Shown here: positions 1-11,549 of the stretch, in pieces
Numbering within the stretch: position 1 is the stretch's first letter
Layout: every line of letters begins with the position of its first letter
Assembly (NCBI RefSeq): GCF_964194155.1
Contig: NC_135891.1
Location: forward strand, 101,742,001-101,806,000
Direction of reading: 5' to 3'
DNA from: Cetorhinus maximus
Lineage: Eukaryota
Length of the DNA: 64,000 bases
Notes under the pieces: generated by a model
Told to the model about the DNA's origin: nothing
Seen by the model: the letters and a program-made list of their open reading frames with translations, nothing else
Database searches by the model: none
Program-made: the position numbers and the translations under genes

Positions 1-230
1 TCTGGCAATATTTCACAGAAGTATAAAGTTAGATATGCTCAAAGCCAGGAATAGAGTTTGAACTCACAACATGACTCTGAGACAAGAATGCCAGTAACTT
101 GAACCTGTCTGACTTTAAATAAATTTGTGTAGAGAAAAAATGATACAATTACATTTCAATAGTTTGAATGGTCTATTGCACTAAACTCTCTCTGTATGAG
201 CTTCCCCAATGCAGATCAGTCTAGATTGGG

Positions 231-1296
231 TAGATAAAAGCAAAATACTGCGGATGCTGGAAATCTGAAACAAAAACAGAAAATGCTGGAAAATCTCAAC
301 AAATCTAACAGCATCTATGGAGAGAAAAAAAACAGAGTTAACGTCTCGAGTCCGTCTTCTTCAGAGCTAAAGAGAAGTAAAATGTAATGAAATTTATACT
401 GTTTAAGTGGGGTGAAGCAGGTGAAGCTGGATGGAACGTCAGTGATAGGTGGAGGCAAAGGAGAGATTGCCAGAGACATCAAGGACAAAAGGACTTAATG
501 ATAGTGGTACTGGCTAAAGGAGGTACTGATGGTGGCATTAAGGTCAGAAAGCAGCATATAGTAATAGCAGGACAAGGGTAAGCACTCTGGAAAGAACAAC
601 ATGAACTAGTGACAGACGGCCCTAGTGGGGTGGGGGGGGAGGGGACGGTGGTAGGAAAAAAGATTGAAAATAAGTTAAAAGGTGGGGATAAAACAATGAA
701 TAAAAATGAAAATAAATAAAAAATATGGATAAAAATTAAGAATTTAAAAATGAAAAAATAAAAATCTAAAAATGAAGATGAATATTGAAAAAAGAGGATT
801 AAAAAAGGGTGAGGATGGAGGAGAGAGTTCACGGTCTGAAGTTGTTGAATTCAATATTCAGTCCGGAAGGCTGTAAAGTGCCTAGTCGGAAGATGAGGTG
901 CTGTTCCTCCAGTTTGTGTTGAGCTTCACTGGAACATTGCAGCAGGCCAAGGACGGACATGTGGGCATGAGAGCAGGGTGGAGTGTTGAAATGGCAAGCG
1001 ACAGGGAGGTCTGGGTCATGCTTGCGGACAGACCGAAGGTGTTCCGCAAAGCGGTCACCCAGTCTGCGTTTGGTCTCTCCAATGTGATTGGGAGCAGCGA
1101 ATGCAGTAGACTAAATTGAAGGAGGTGCAAGTGAAGCGCTGCTTTGCCTGAAAGGAGTGTTTGAGCCCTTGGACAGTGAGGAGGGAGGAGGTAAAGAGGC
1201 AGGTGTTGCACCTTCCTGTGATTGCATGGGAATGTGCTGTGGGAGGGGGATGAGGTGTTGGGGGTGATGGAGGAGTGGACCAGGGTGTCCTGGAGG
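231..1296 (-). mobile_element. Penelope-like element 3' portion: GIY-YIG endonuclease remnant, 3' UTR and terminal repeat with degenerate hammerhead motif
   Basis: Minus-strand 840-1290 is nearly the same as the GIY-YIG segment at 48800-49209 (VYCIRCS..., HFNTPPCSHAH, LEEQHLIFRLGTLQPSGLNIEFNNF). 231-368 matches the terminal unit repeated across the window; the minus strand reads CTGAAGA..GACTC GAGACGTTAAC. Confidence 0.85.
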
Positions 1297-1863
1297 AGGC
1301 AAGTCCTAAACCTACCTCAGCCAGAATGGAGATTGAACCCCAATGGCACCAATCTGGTCCACATTGGCTGTTCAGCCAACTAAGCCAACCAGCCCCAAAA
1401 GGAGTCCAAGTTGCTGTGGCAAATGCACTTTTACATGCATGTTGTAGTCCAGAGCTATGGATAGTGATGGTAGTGGCACCAATGTTTTTTCCATGACATG
1501 GCTGACCAGGAATCTCTCTTGCTCTTACCGCCTGCCATTGGCGTATGTTGGAAGGATTTACTGGTTGATACTCAACCTGGTTGGCTGCGTTATGAGTGCA
1601 CCTTCCTTGGCCACCAAGTCCTGAAATGGGACTTGAACCCAGAGCTTCTGGCTCAGAGGCAGGGCTACTACCTGCTCAGCCATAAGACCTCCCTCTTTCC
1701 AGTAGGCATTGTATTTGAAAACAAGGATTATCATTTGAAAAGTATAGTTGTCTCAAAATTATTACTTGCCAATGAATATGTCTAACATAGCCATCAATAC
1801 AACTTAATTAGGCTATCACCCATCTTACTGCCTCACTGTCCTGAGTTCTCCAGCGATACTTAC

Positions 1864-2035
1864 TCATACATGGGTGGTGGAGGCAGTGAGTCCTGTGGGG
1901 TGCTACAGGATGGCTGCATCAGTTTGTTCTTCAACTCCTTGATGAAAAAGAACAAGGCTGGTGTCATCCTTGTGAAGCGTTTTTCATCAAAGCCAAACAG
2001 GAACTGCTGGAGCTCTTCCTTCTCCATTGGGACAT
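1864..2035 (-). CDS. AMH: Anti-Mullerian hormone, coding exon 4
   Basis: Acceptor TTTAAACAG and donor GA|GTAAGT. With G from exon 3 it reads [34 protein letters not shown]...PPPPMY, matching human AMH [21 protein letters not shown]. Phase 1 in, phase 2 out. Confidence 0.93.
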
Positions 2036-3784
2036 CTGTTTAAATCATTAAATGTGAGCAAATCAATTTGAATATCAGCATGAATCATTATTAAGCAACA
2101 TATTTCTTAATGAGCAAGGCATTGTGTAAAACACCCTAAACCAAACCTTTGACTACCCGTATGGGAAAAAACACAGAGTGAAAAGCAGTTTCAGAGTCAC
2201 AAGGTGGAACCTATCTGGTCCTGTGGGGCGGGCTCCTGAACGGGACCAGGAGGAATTTCACAAAAGTTGGTGTCAGGCTAGCAGGCCAATGTGTTCCTGC
2301 TTCCGGGCAATCTTTCCAAGTTCGGGCCATCACCTGCAGAGGCTAAAGGCTGCCAGCAGCAGATAGCTAATCCGCCAAATTAAGTGTCTATTTGTGGGCT
2401 GATTGGGGAGCCCCTCCTCACCCCCCAAGAGAACCAAGCCTAGCAGCTGCCTAGAGGTGATCTGTCAATGGCTAACTTGAGGTCCTGCTGGACCTACACT
2501 AATCCCACCCTCCACCCCACCCGCCTGACCGGCATGACAGCCATCAGCAGGACACAGCTGTCATCGGCCAGCCTGGATGACCTCGCAGCTGTGGCCACTG
2601 CTAATTTTATTAAATTCCCATTTCTTCAGAGAGCACTTAAAGGTGGAGGCACCCTCATGTTCTGCCTCCAACACTGGCAACGGCCACCTCTGCTACTGGG
2701 GCTGCCGTCCTTCTAAGGTTGCAGGCTCTCTTTTGGGCCTGCAGCCTTAGGGACTCACCCACCATCCTAAATTGGATGGCGGCCCTTAAGGCAGCCTCTT
2801 AATTAGCCAACCCCAGGCAGATCCCCCAGGCGGGCGGCCTGACAGGCAGCAGAGTTCAGGACCCGGACGTGATCCGGACTCAGGCCCATAAGAAGATCCT
2901 GCCTATAGAGCCATTATGACGTGGGCTTTTTGGCCCATCGTGTCAATGCCGGCTCACTGTAGAGCAATCCAGTCAGTCCCATTTCCCATCTCCTTGGCCC
3001 TGCAAGCTTATTTCCCTCAAGTGATCATATAATTTATTTTTGAAATCATTGACTGCCTTCGCTTCCACCACCTTCATAGGCAGCTGTTTTCTGACTTGTG
3101 TAAACTCTATGGTTGCCCTAATGCAATTTTTACAAAGTTCCTCATGCCCACTTATGTGATTGGGAACAATACAGCTACAATGTATTTTCTACATGGAGAG
3201 AACTTGATGAACTGGCATGAAAATGCAAGCAAAATCTACAGTTCAAACTTCACAGAATTTTGAAACTCATATTATAGCTTATTGTGCTGCTCATACAGAC
3301 CAGCAAGATGCAAGGTTTGATCCCAAAGTCAGTATTGCACCAAGAGGCTTGGTTATTGTAGCAGTTGGGGTTCTACAATTGGTCTCACATTCTTAAGCTA
3401 AGAGAAAATAAGTGGGCCAATTTTCCAATTCCAATTCCCATCATCCTGCTGGATCAATAAATCACTTATGGACATCAGGTGAGAACAGGGTCAAGCTCAG
3501 CTGTGATGCTTTCCACTGTTGAATAGCCTGGTGATGTTCACATACAGGCTCACATGAGGATTTCCCACTAGGGTGTGATACCAGATAGTTGATAACATCA
3601 GTGGAACTTTGTTCTTGGCAGGAGAGAAACAAAACTGGAGAAACATAGATGCTGATATTTGAAACAATGGAAGAATTACAATTCAAGCAGTAGTCACATT
3701 TAAATGCATCTTGTTTGTTCATCACAGATATAACATTGTCATGGTAGCCATTGTCTTTGGTCCCTGCTACAGACTCTGTTCCCT

Positions 3785-4562
3785 AGAGCCTAACTTCAGT
3801 CTTCTCCCTGGCAACTGTCTGAGACAGAAACAGGCTCTTCTTAACCTTGCTGTCATATTCACCCTGAGATGAGGTTCCAACCACATATCAATGCATCACT
3901 AAGATTGCCTATTTCTAGCTCCGTAACATGGCCCAGCTTCGCCCCTGTCTCAACTCAACTGCTACTGAAACCCTCATCCATGCCTTTGTTAATTCTAGTC
4001 TTAACTGTTCCAATGCACTCCTGGCTGGTCTCCCATATTCTACCCTTCATTAACTTGAGGTCATCTGAAGCTCTGCTGCCCATGTCCTTATTCCCTTTAA
4101 ATTTCATCAACTGATCACCCCCTTGCTCACTGACCTACATTTGCTTCCGGTTCAGCAGCACCTTGATTTTAAAATTCTCATCCTAGATTTCAGATTCATC
4201 TATAGCCTCTTCCCTCCCGATCTCTATAACCTCCTTCAGCACCACAACCTTCCGAAATTGCTACCCTCCTCTAATTCAGGCCTCTTGAGCATCCCTGATT
4301 TTAACTGCGCCACCATTGGTGGCTGTGCCTTTAGCTGCCAAGGCCCAAAGCTCTAGAATTCCCTCGCTACACCTCTTCACCTCTCTACCTTCCTTCCTTT
4401 CTTTAAGACAATCCTTAAAACTTACCTCTTTGTTCAAGCTTTTGGCCACCTGCCCTTATATCGCCTTATATGGTTCGGTGTCAAACTTACGTAACACTTG
4501 TGTGAAGCACTTTTGGATGCTTTACTATATTAAAGGTGCTATATAAACACAAGTTGTCATTG
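3785..4562 (+). mobile_element. L2-clade LINE 3' remnant
   Basis: Degenerate AETLIHAFV.SRLD.SNALLAGLP motif and the L2-type tail taaaggtgctatataaacacaagttgt. The same family is at 53555-54420. Confidence 0.75.
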
Positions 4563-5499
4563 TAATCAGAGACCTATTATTACATTGACAGTTTAATAAT
4601 ATTCTTCACTAGCAAAATGTATTAATTGGTTGCGAAAGTATCCAACTTGCACAAATTATAAAATTCTAGAGCTAGTTTCCGTGCATGCTTCACTTCGCAG
4701 GCTGAGATTAGATCACTGAGCCCAGAGTAGGGGGTCTAGCCTGGGAATTCCCTTCACTGTATGTGTCACTGCTAACCACTGGATATTTACTGAGCCACTG
4801 GGGAAGAGCCAGCACCAAATCTGATTGATATGTTTGGGTGATCTTAAGGAATCTGTCTAGTGGCGAGTGCAATTAATGAAGTATTTTTAATTGAAGAAAT
4901 GACCATGGATGTTGCATGTTGTCTGCCAGGAAATAAGGAGAGTTAAACTTCCAGTTCTTCTTTCAGTTTGTATTGAGTGGCTTTGGCTATGTAAGCATTT
5001 CATAGTTCCTTTTTAAGTCTTTTGGTATATAAAAATATAATGCTACCTCCTATCCAATGAACTCTCTTCAATGCAAGCTTCTTCTCTTAAGCAGAGATCT
5101 TGTAGCATCTCTGAACTGTAGATAACTGTTAATTGGTTTCTGCGAATTTGAGCTTTCCTCAACTGGATTTAGCTCCAAGATAAGACACCACTTGAACTAC
5201 TCTGATCTGGTTTTACTTTCGTAATTACCAAAGGACTAGGGCCGGAAATTTCCTCTGAGGTTCTTCTGACTGACCACGTAACTTACTAGAAACCCCCCCA
5301 AAAAAAAGAGACAAATTAGGGCTTTGGCCAATGTTCCACTGAATTTACAGCAGTCAGTTAGGAGAATCCCAGAAGAATGTCCTGGTGACTGGGAAGAAAG
5401 GAGTAACAGATGTTTCTGAGTCTTGGAAAACAGCCCAAGGAAACAAAATGAAGGGAGAAATAATTATTAATGAACTAGAATTAGTTAGCAAACGCAATG

Positions 5500-7680
5500 G
5501 TGCATGAATATTTATCTAACAGCAATTATAATATGATGGAATTCACTATTGTATTTGAAAGGGAGAAATGCGAAGGAGCTACTGAGATTCTAGATTCAGG
5601 TGAGGCCGACTCAATGGGAGGAGACAGAGACCATCTAATTAAACTGAACAACTTTGTCAATGGGTAAAATAACAGATCAGTGAGAGATGTTCAAAAGAGA
5701 ATTTAAAGTGATAGTGAACCAGTCTATACCCATAAGGGGCAAGCGCTCTACTTGCCAAAAGAAGTAGCCATAGAGAACTAAAGACGTAAGCAGCCTAAAA
5801 CTAAAGGGAAAAACATAAAAGAATACAAAAAAAGCACAGATCCTAGTGAATGGGAGAGAGAAAGAACAGCAAAGAATAATAAAACAGATAGTAAGAGCTA
5901 CAAAAAGGAATATGAAAAGGAACTTACAAGGGATATCATAATCAACACTTTTACTTTTACAAATATATTAGGAAAAAGGGGCTTTTACAATTATATTAGG
6001 AAAAAGGGGCTTTTACAATTATATTAGAAAAAAGAGGTTGATCCAAGCAATGTGGGCCTCTGAAAAACTGATAATTGTAAACAAAAATAAGGAAAGGGCA
6101 TGCTCATTAATAATTACTTTGCATCAGTATTTATAGTGCAGGAAGAGGATAACACTTCCCAAGGAAACTAATATTGAATCAGAGCAAGATCTTAGCATAA
6201 TAAATCTAAGCAATTTAACAGTGCTGAAAAATGTAATGGAAGTAAAGAGTGATAAACCCCCAGGATCAGATGGTTTTCATCTCAGGGTTTAAAGGAAGTA
6301 GCTGAGACCACTGCAAAGTTATCTTGATTCAACAACTGTTCCTATAGATTGGAAAAATGCATGTTACTCGTCTACTTAAGAAAAGTGAGAGGGAGTGCAG
6401 GGAATTATAGTTCAGTTAGCCTAACATCTGTTGTTGGTTAATTACTAGCGCCTATAATTAAGGATAGAGTGATGGAACAGTGAGGAACCTTTCAGCTGTC
6501 CAGAGAGAACCAGCAGGGATTTATAAGGGGTAGGTCATGCCTGACAAACTGGTTGAATCTTTTGAAGAGGTGACTAAAGCAGTGGAGAGGGAAATGTCTA
6601 TTGATGATACTTATATGGACTTCCAGTAGGAAATAGATAAAAGTCCCTCATAAGAGATTGTTAACTAAAGTTTAAGCTCATGGAATCGAGAGCAAATTAT
6701 TGATCTGGTTAAGAAATTGGCTGAGTGACAGGAGAGAGAGGAGGATTAATGAGCAGGCGCTTTAATTGGCAGGACACGACTAATGGCATTCCACAGGGAT
6801 CCATATCGGTGCCCCAAAACTATTAATTGCATGCACTAACGACTTAGATGATATTACATCCAAGTTTGCTGATGACACAAAGATAGATGACATTGTAAGG
6901 GGTGTAGACGGAAGCTTAAAATTACAAAGAGATATTAATTGATTAAATGAATGGACAAAACTGTGGCAAATGGAGTTCAATATAGACAAGTGTGACATCA
7001 TCCACTTATGAACTAAATGGGATCGATCAGAGTACTTTCTAAATGGTGAAAAGCTAGAAACAGTAGAAGTTCAAAGAGACTTAGAGTTCCACACACATAG
7101 GTCATTAAAATGTCAAAAGAAAGACTAGTGGAATGTTGGCCTTTAAAAATAGAGGACTAGAAAACAAAGGGTTAGAAGTCATACTACAGAAATGCAATTT
7201 CAGGTCAGGTCACGCCTGGAGTACAGTCTTCAGTTCTGGGCATCACATCTTAGAAAGGAAATATGACTTTGGAAGGAATGCAGAGTAGGTTTGCTGGAAT
7301 GATTAGACTCCAAGGGTTAAGTTATAAAGAGACGTTACGCAAAACATGGTTGTATTCCCTGGAATCTAGCAGGTTAAGAAACTATTCCCACTGGTTGGGT
7401 AATCTAGCACCAGGTGACATTGCCTAAAAATTAGAGTCAGACCTTTCAGGAGTGAAATTAGGAAACACTTCAATTCATAAAGGGTCAGACAGTTTGGAAC
7501 TCTCTTCTGTGATAGTTGGTTCTGGGTCAATTGTTAATTTTTAACCTGAGATTGATAGACTTCTGTTAACCAGTAATATTAAGGGATATAGACTCAGCAG
7601 GTCACATATCAGCCAAATCTCTTTGAATGGCAGAACAGGCTCAAGGAACTAAATAGTCTACTCCTCTTCCTATGTTCCTA
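5500..7680 (+). mobile_element. CR1 LINE, old degenerate ORF2/RT and 3' tail
   Basis: Recognisable RT motifs (NYRPVSLTSVVG-like at ~6405, SCLTNL at ~6535, KFADDTK at ~6862). Ends with the CR1 tail tactcctcttcctatgttccta. Many stops and frameshifts. Confidence 0.85.
5955..6037. repeat. 28-bp tandem repeat x3 inside the CR1 copy
   Basis: ttttacaa(a/t)tatattag(g/a)aaaaag(g/a)gg(c) repeated three times. Confidence 0.8.
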
Positions 7681-9224
7681 CAATATAATCTTAGTTTTTA
7701 AAATCAGAAAAGAAACCAATAAGATAGATGTGACAAGGTTCTCCATTTGGACCAAGACAATAGAGTTTGAAGATGTGAAAATGCATTCTGGAAAACACCA
7801 AATAAAGAAGGCATTTTTAAAAAAATAATTAACTTGTCAACTTTTGGACTAGACTGCCACCTAGTGCAGTGAATATTGACTTAATATTCAAAAAGGAAAT
7901 GGATATCATGGTCCAAATGTTCAATGGACAAGTGCCTTATAGTGTGGTCCATAGGCAAGGGTTTTTTAAGCTTTAATCCCTCATCTGATCGAAAATCCCT
8001 TATTTCAGTACTGGGCTGTTACATTCGAGCTCAGTGCCCATCCTCTGGGAAGAGAACTGCACACTTTCCAGCACACTCCAGCCAGCTTTAGTGAAAGTGT
8101 GCAGGTATTGATGAGGAACAAATTGTATAGAACTGCAATGTTCCTAACAGTGAAGTAACTCACTGACTAGACACAAAAATGCATAACAATCACTTGATAG
8201 AGATACTGAAGAGCTGCCAGTAGCCCTTTAAATGTTCTACAATATGAATTACTACAATACTGAATTATCAGGAGGACAAAAAAGGAGAAAATTGTGGAGC
8301 CAAAGGTCAAGGAAGAGAAATGGGCAGATTCCTAATTTAAGAAGAGAAGCTTACGTAGAATGTGTAAATCCTGAACACGGACTCATAATGGCATGAGCTG
8401 AATGAGATGAAAAGCCTTTTTATTTTTACCATCTTATGATCTTGATATTGTATCGGACCTGAATGTTCTTAATGTTGTGCTAAGTGTGTGTGCGCAGGGG
8501 AGTTGGAGATGGGGGGAAATTTTGGTCTGGTCTCATCATCCATCGGCTTGATTCATGCACCCTGATCTTTCCCTGTGCAGAAAAAGGTTGGGGAGGTAGC
8601 ATGCAGGCACCTAGTGGCAGAATCGCCACCTATCATACATCCTGCCCAATGGGATGGGAAATCAGGTGAGGTGTTTAAAAAGGCTGTCAATCCACTAAAG
8701 CTTGCTTCCATGTCCCAGCAGAACTTGAATTTCAACCCCCGTTGCATACATCTGGCAAGCGAATGCAATAGATCTTGCAGCACATCTGTTGTTTTGTCTG
8801 AAAATATCATTTCAAAGTATGGTAGCACAAGGCTTTCTCATAACTGAACACAAACAACTGATAAGTGTCACGTTGCTTTTCAAAGATAATTGCCTGCCAG
8901 ATGGATTGTTTTCAAAACATATCAAGGGCAATATTACATCGGCTCATTTTCTATTAATGCCAAGAACAAATTCTATTAATACCAAGAACAAATGCTTCAG
9001 TCCAGCTCCATGTATACCACAGTCGCTGATAACACTTGAGATCCCTATTAATCCAAGTTTGCAAATTTCAAAGAGCATGCGAATGTAGTCCTGGATAGAA
9101 CAAAGGCCTGGTGAGGGTCACAGAGAGGGCGCGGCCATGGTGCCATTTACACACAAGGGCTAGAATTTTAATTAACCCATTAGGAAACCAGAAGCCAATG
9201 TAGGTCAACAAGAGGTTAGTAAAC

Positions 9225-11010
9225 AAAATTAGAGCATGTGGGATAGGTGGTAATATACTGGCATGGATTGAGAATTGGTTAACGGACAGAAAACAGAGAG
9301 TAGGAATAAATGGGTCATTCTCAGGTTGGCGGGCTGTGACAAGGATCAGTGCTTGGGCCCCAGCTTTGCATAATCTATATCAATGATTTGAATGTGGGGA
9401 CTAAAATGTAATATTTCCAAGTTTGCTGATGATACAAAACCAGGTGAAAATGTGAGTTGTGAGGAGGATGCAAGAGGCTTCAAGAGGATTTAGACAGGGT
9501 TAGTGAGTGGGCAAGAATATGCCAGATGGAATATAATGTGAAAAAATGTGAAGTTATCCACTTTGTTAGGAAAAAAAGGAATGAAGAGTATTTCTTAAGT
9601 GGTGAGAGATTGGGAAGTTGATGTCCAAAGGGACCTGGGTGTCATTGTTCATGAGTCACTGAAAGCTAAGGTGCAGCAAGCAATTAGGAATATAAGTGGT
9701 ATGTTGGCCCTTATTGCGAGATAATTTGAGTATAGGAGTAAAGAGGTCTTGCTGCAATATATAGAGCCTTGGTGAGACTGCACCTGGAGTATTGTGTATG
9801 GTTTTGGTCCCCTTGTCTAAGGAAGGATATACTTGCCATACAGGGAGTACAGCAAAGCCTCACCAGACTGATTCCTAGGGTGGCAGGATTGTCATAAGAG
9901 GACAGATTGAGGAAACTGGGCCTGTATTCTCTAGAGTTTAGAAGAATGAGAGGTGATCTCATTGAAGTACAAAATTCTTACAAGTCTCAACAGGGTAGAT
10001 GTTTCCCCTGGCTGGTGGGGTGGGTGGGTGGGGGTGGGGGGGTGGGATCTAGAACCAGGGGACATCATCTCAGAATAAGGGGTAGGCCATTTAGGGCTGG
10101 GTTGAGAAGAAATTTCTTCACTCAGAGGGTTGTGAATCTTTGGAATTCTCTACCCCAGAGCGCTGTAGAAGCTCAGTCATTGAGTATGCTCAAGACAGAG
10201 ATTGATAGACTTTCATATACTGAAGACATCAAGGGATATGGGGATAGTATGGGAAACTGTTATTGAGATAGAAGATCAGCCGTGATCTAGTTTAGGGGTC
10301 AGCAACCTTACAGAAGTAGCCTGCCAAGTCTTCATTTATTCACTCTAATTTAAGGTTTCGCATGGCAGTAATACATTTTAATATTTATAAGGTCTCTACA
10401 TATAATTACCACAATCTCTCCAGTTTAGTGTGATCCTTGCCCTTGCTTTTCCTTGATGAGTTTAGCATGTATTTGGATACTTTAAGCAGCCCTAACATCC
10501 CCCACCCCAATCTTCCCTCCAAACTCCCACCCCCCCATATCCCTCCCCACCTCCCCCCCTCTCCCCTAGCCCCAAGCCCCTGACCGACCACATACAGCAT
10601 CCAATTGGGTCAAAATTGCAGTGATTTCACTTCCCATTTTTCAGCTGAGTGTTCTCTCTTGACAGCTGCTAACCTTTGGGCAGTTTCGACTTTCTGGTGG
10701 GCTTCTTTTCAAATAAAAGAGTGGGAGCCATGCCGCTGGGAGCAGCAGCGCAGCAACTCAGTGAAACTGGCACTGACACTGACAGACCAGCTTTAAAAAA
10801 ATCGGAACGCGCTGGTCCCGATTTTTAAGCCGACCTGTGGCTCTGGCTGCTCAGCCTGAACGATCATCTCGTGTTCCACTGAAAATCATCCTGTGTATCA
10901 CCTTGGGCATGCGTGTCATAGGCTTGCCGACCTCTGATCTAGTTGAATGGGGGAGCAGGCTCGAGGGGCCGAATGGCCTACTCCTGCTCCTATTTCCTGT
11001 GTTCCTATGT
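9225..11010 (+). mobile_element. CR1 LINE 3' half (RT), interrupted by a hAT MITE
   Basis: KFADDTK at ~9420, HLEYCV.FWSP at ~9780, RNFFTQRVVNLWNSLP (ORF 9907). The tail resumes at 10937 (aatggcctactcctgctcctatttcctgtgttcctatgt). Confidence 0.88.
10293..10936. mobile_element. Non-autonomous hAT (Charlie-type) DNA transposon
   Basis: Imperfect TIRs TAGGGGTCAGCAACCT / reverse complement CAGAGGTCGGCAAGCCT. Exact 8-bp TSD ATCTAGTT at 10285-10292 and 10937-10944. Confidence 0.88.
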
Positions 11011-11428
11011 CACGGGAGAGTTGGACTTGAACAGGATATAAAGGGCAGTGTATTAGATGAGCTGAAGTTTATGGAAGACAAATAGGAAGCCAGCCAGGAG
11101 AGCATTGGGATAATTGAATCTGGAAGTGATAAACCTATCAATGTGGATTCCAGCAGCTGAGACAGAGGTAGAAGCAGGTTATGAAGGTGAATGTAAGTAA
11201 ATGTACAGTTAGAAACTCAGTTCAGAGTCAAAAAGGGTGTCAATGTAACAAACCATTTGGTTCAGTCAGAGCAAGGCCAGAAAGGGGGATATGATCAGTC
11301 TGAAATTTCTGGTGGAGTTGGAGATGATCATTCACATAATAAACATGTTTTTACAGGTAAATATGTTTTACAAGTTTTACTATTTTCATAGAAACATAAA
11401 AATTAATAAGTAGTAGCAAATGACTCAC

Positions 11429-11549
11429 CATTTGAAAGACGCCTGATTTTTAAAGATACATCAATATACAGTTGCCCATCTGCACATTTTCCAGGGATTC
11501 CTTGAATACTTAGAATGACATACTTTGTCTCTTCATCAAAGCAAACAGT
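11429..11549 (-). CDS. AMH: Anti-Mullerian hormone, coding exon 3
   Basis: TTCAG acceptor, G|GTGAGT donor, 121 nt: TVCFDEETKYVILSIQGIPGKCADGQLYIDVSLKIRRLSN. Aligns to human SLCPSRDTRYLVL. Phases 0 and 1 fit the neighbouring exons. Confidence 0.9.

Noticed and set aside
3173-3185. DMRT-like motif GCTACAATGTAT (similar at ~22891)
   Set aside because: Isolated short matches in AT-rich introns cannot be told from chance without conservation data.
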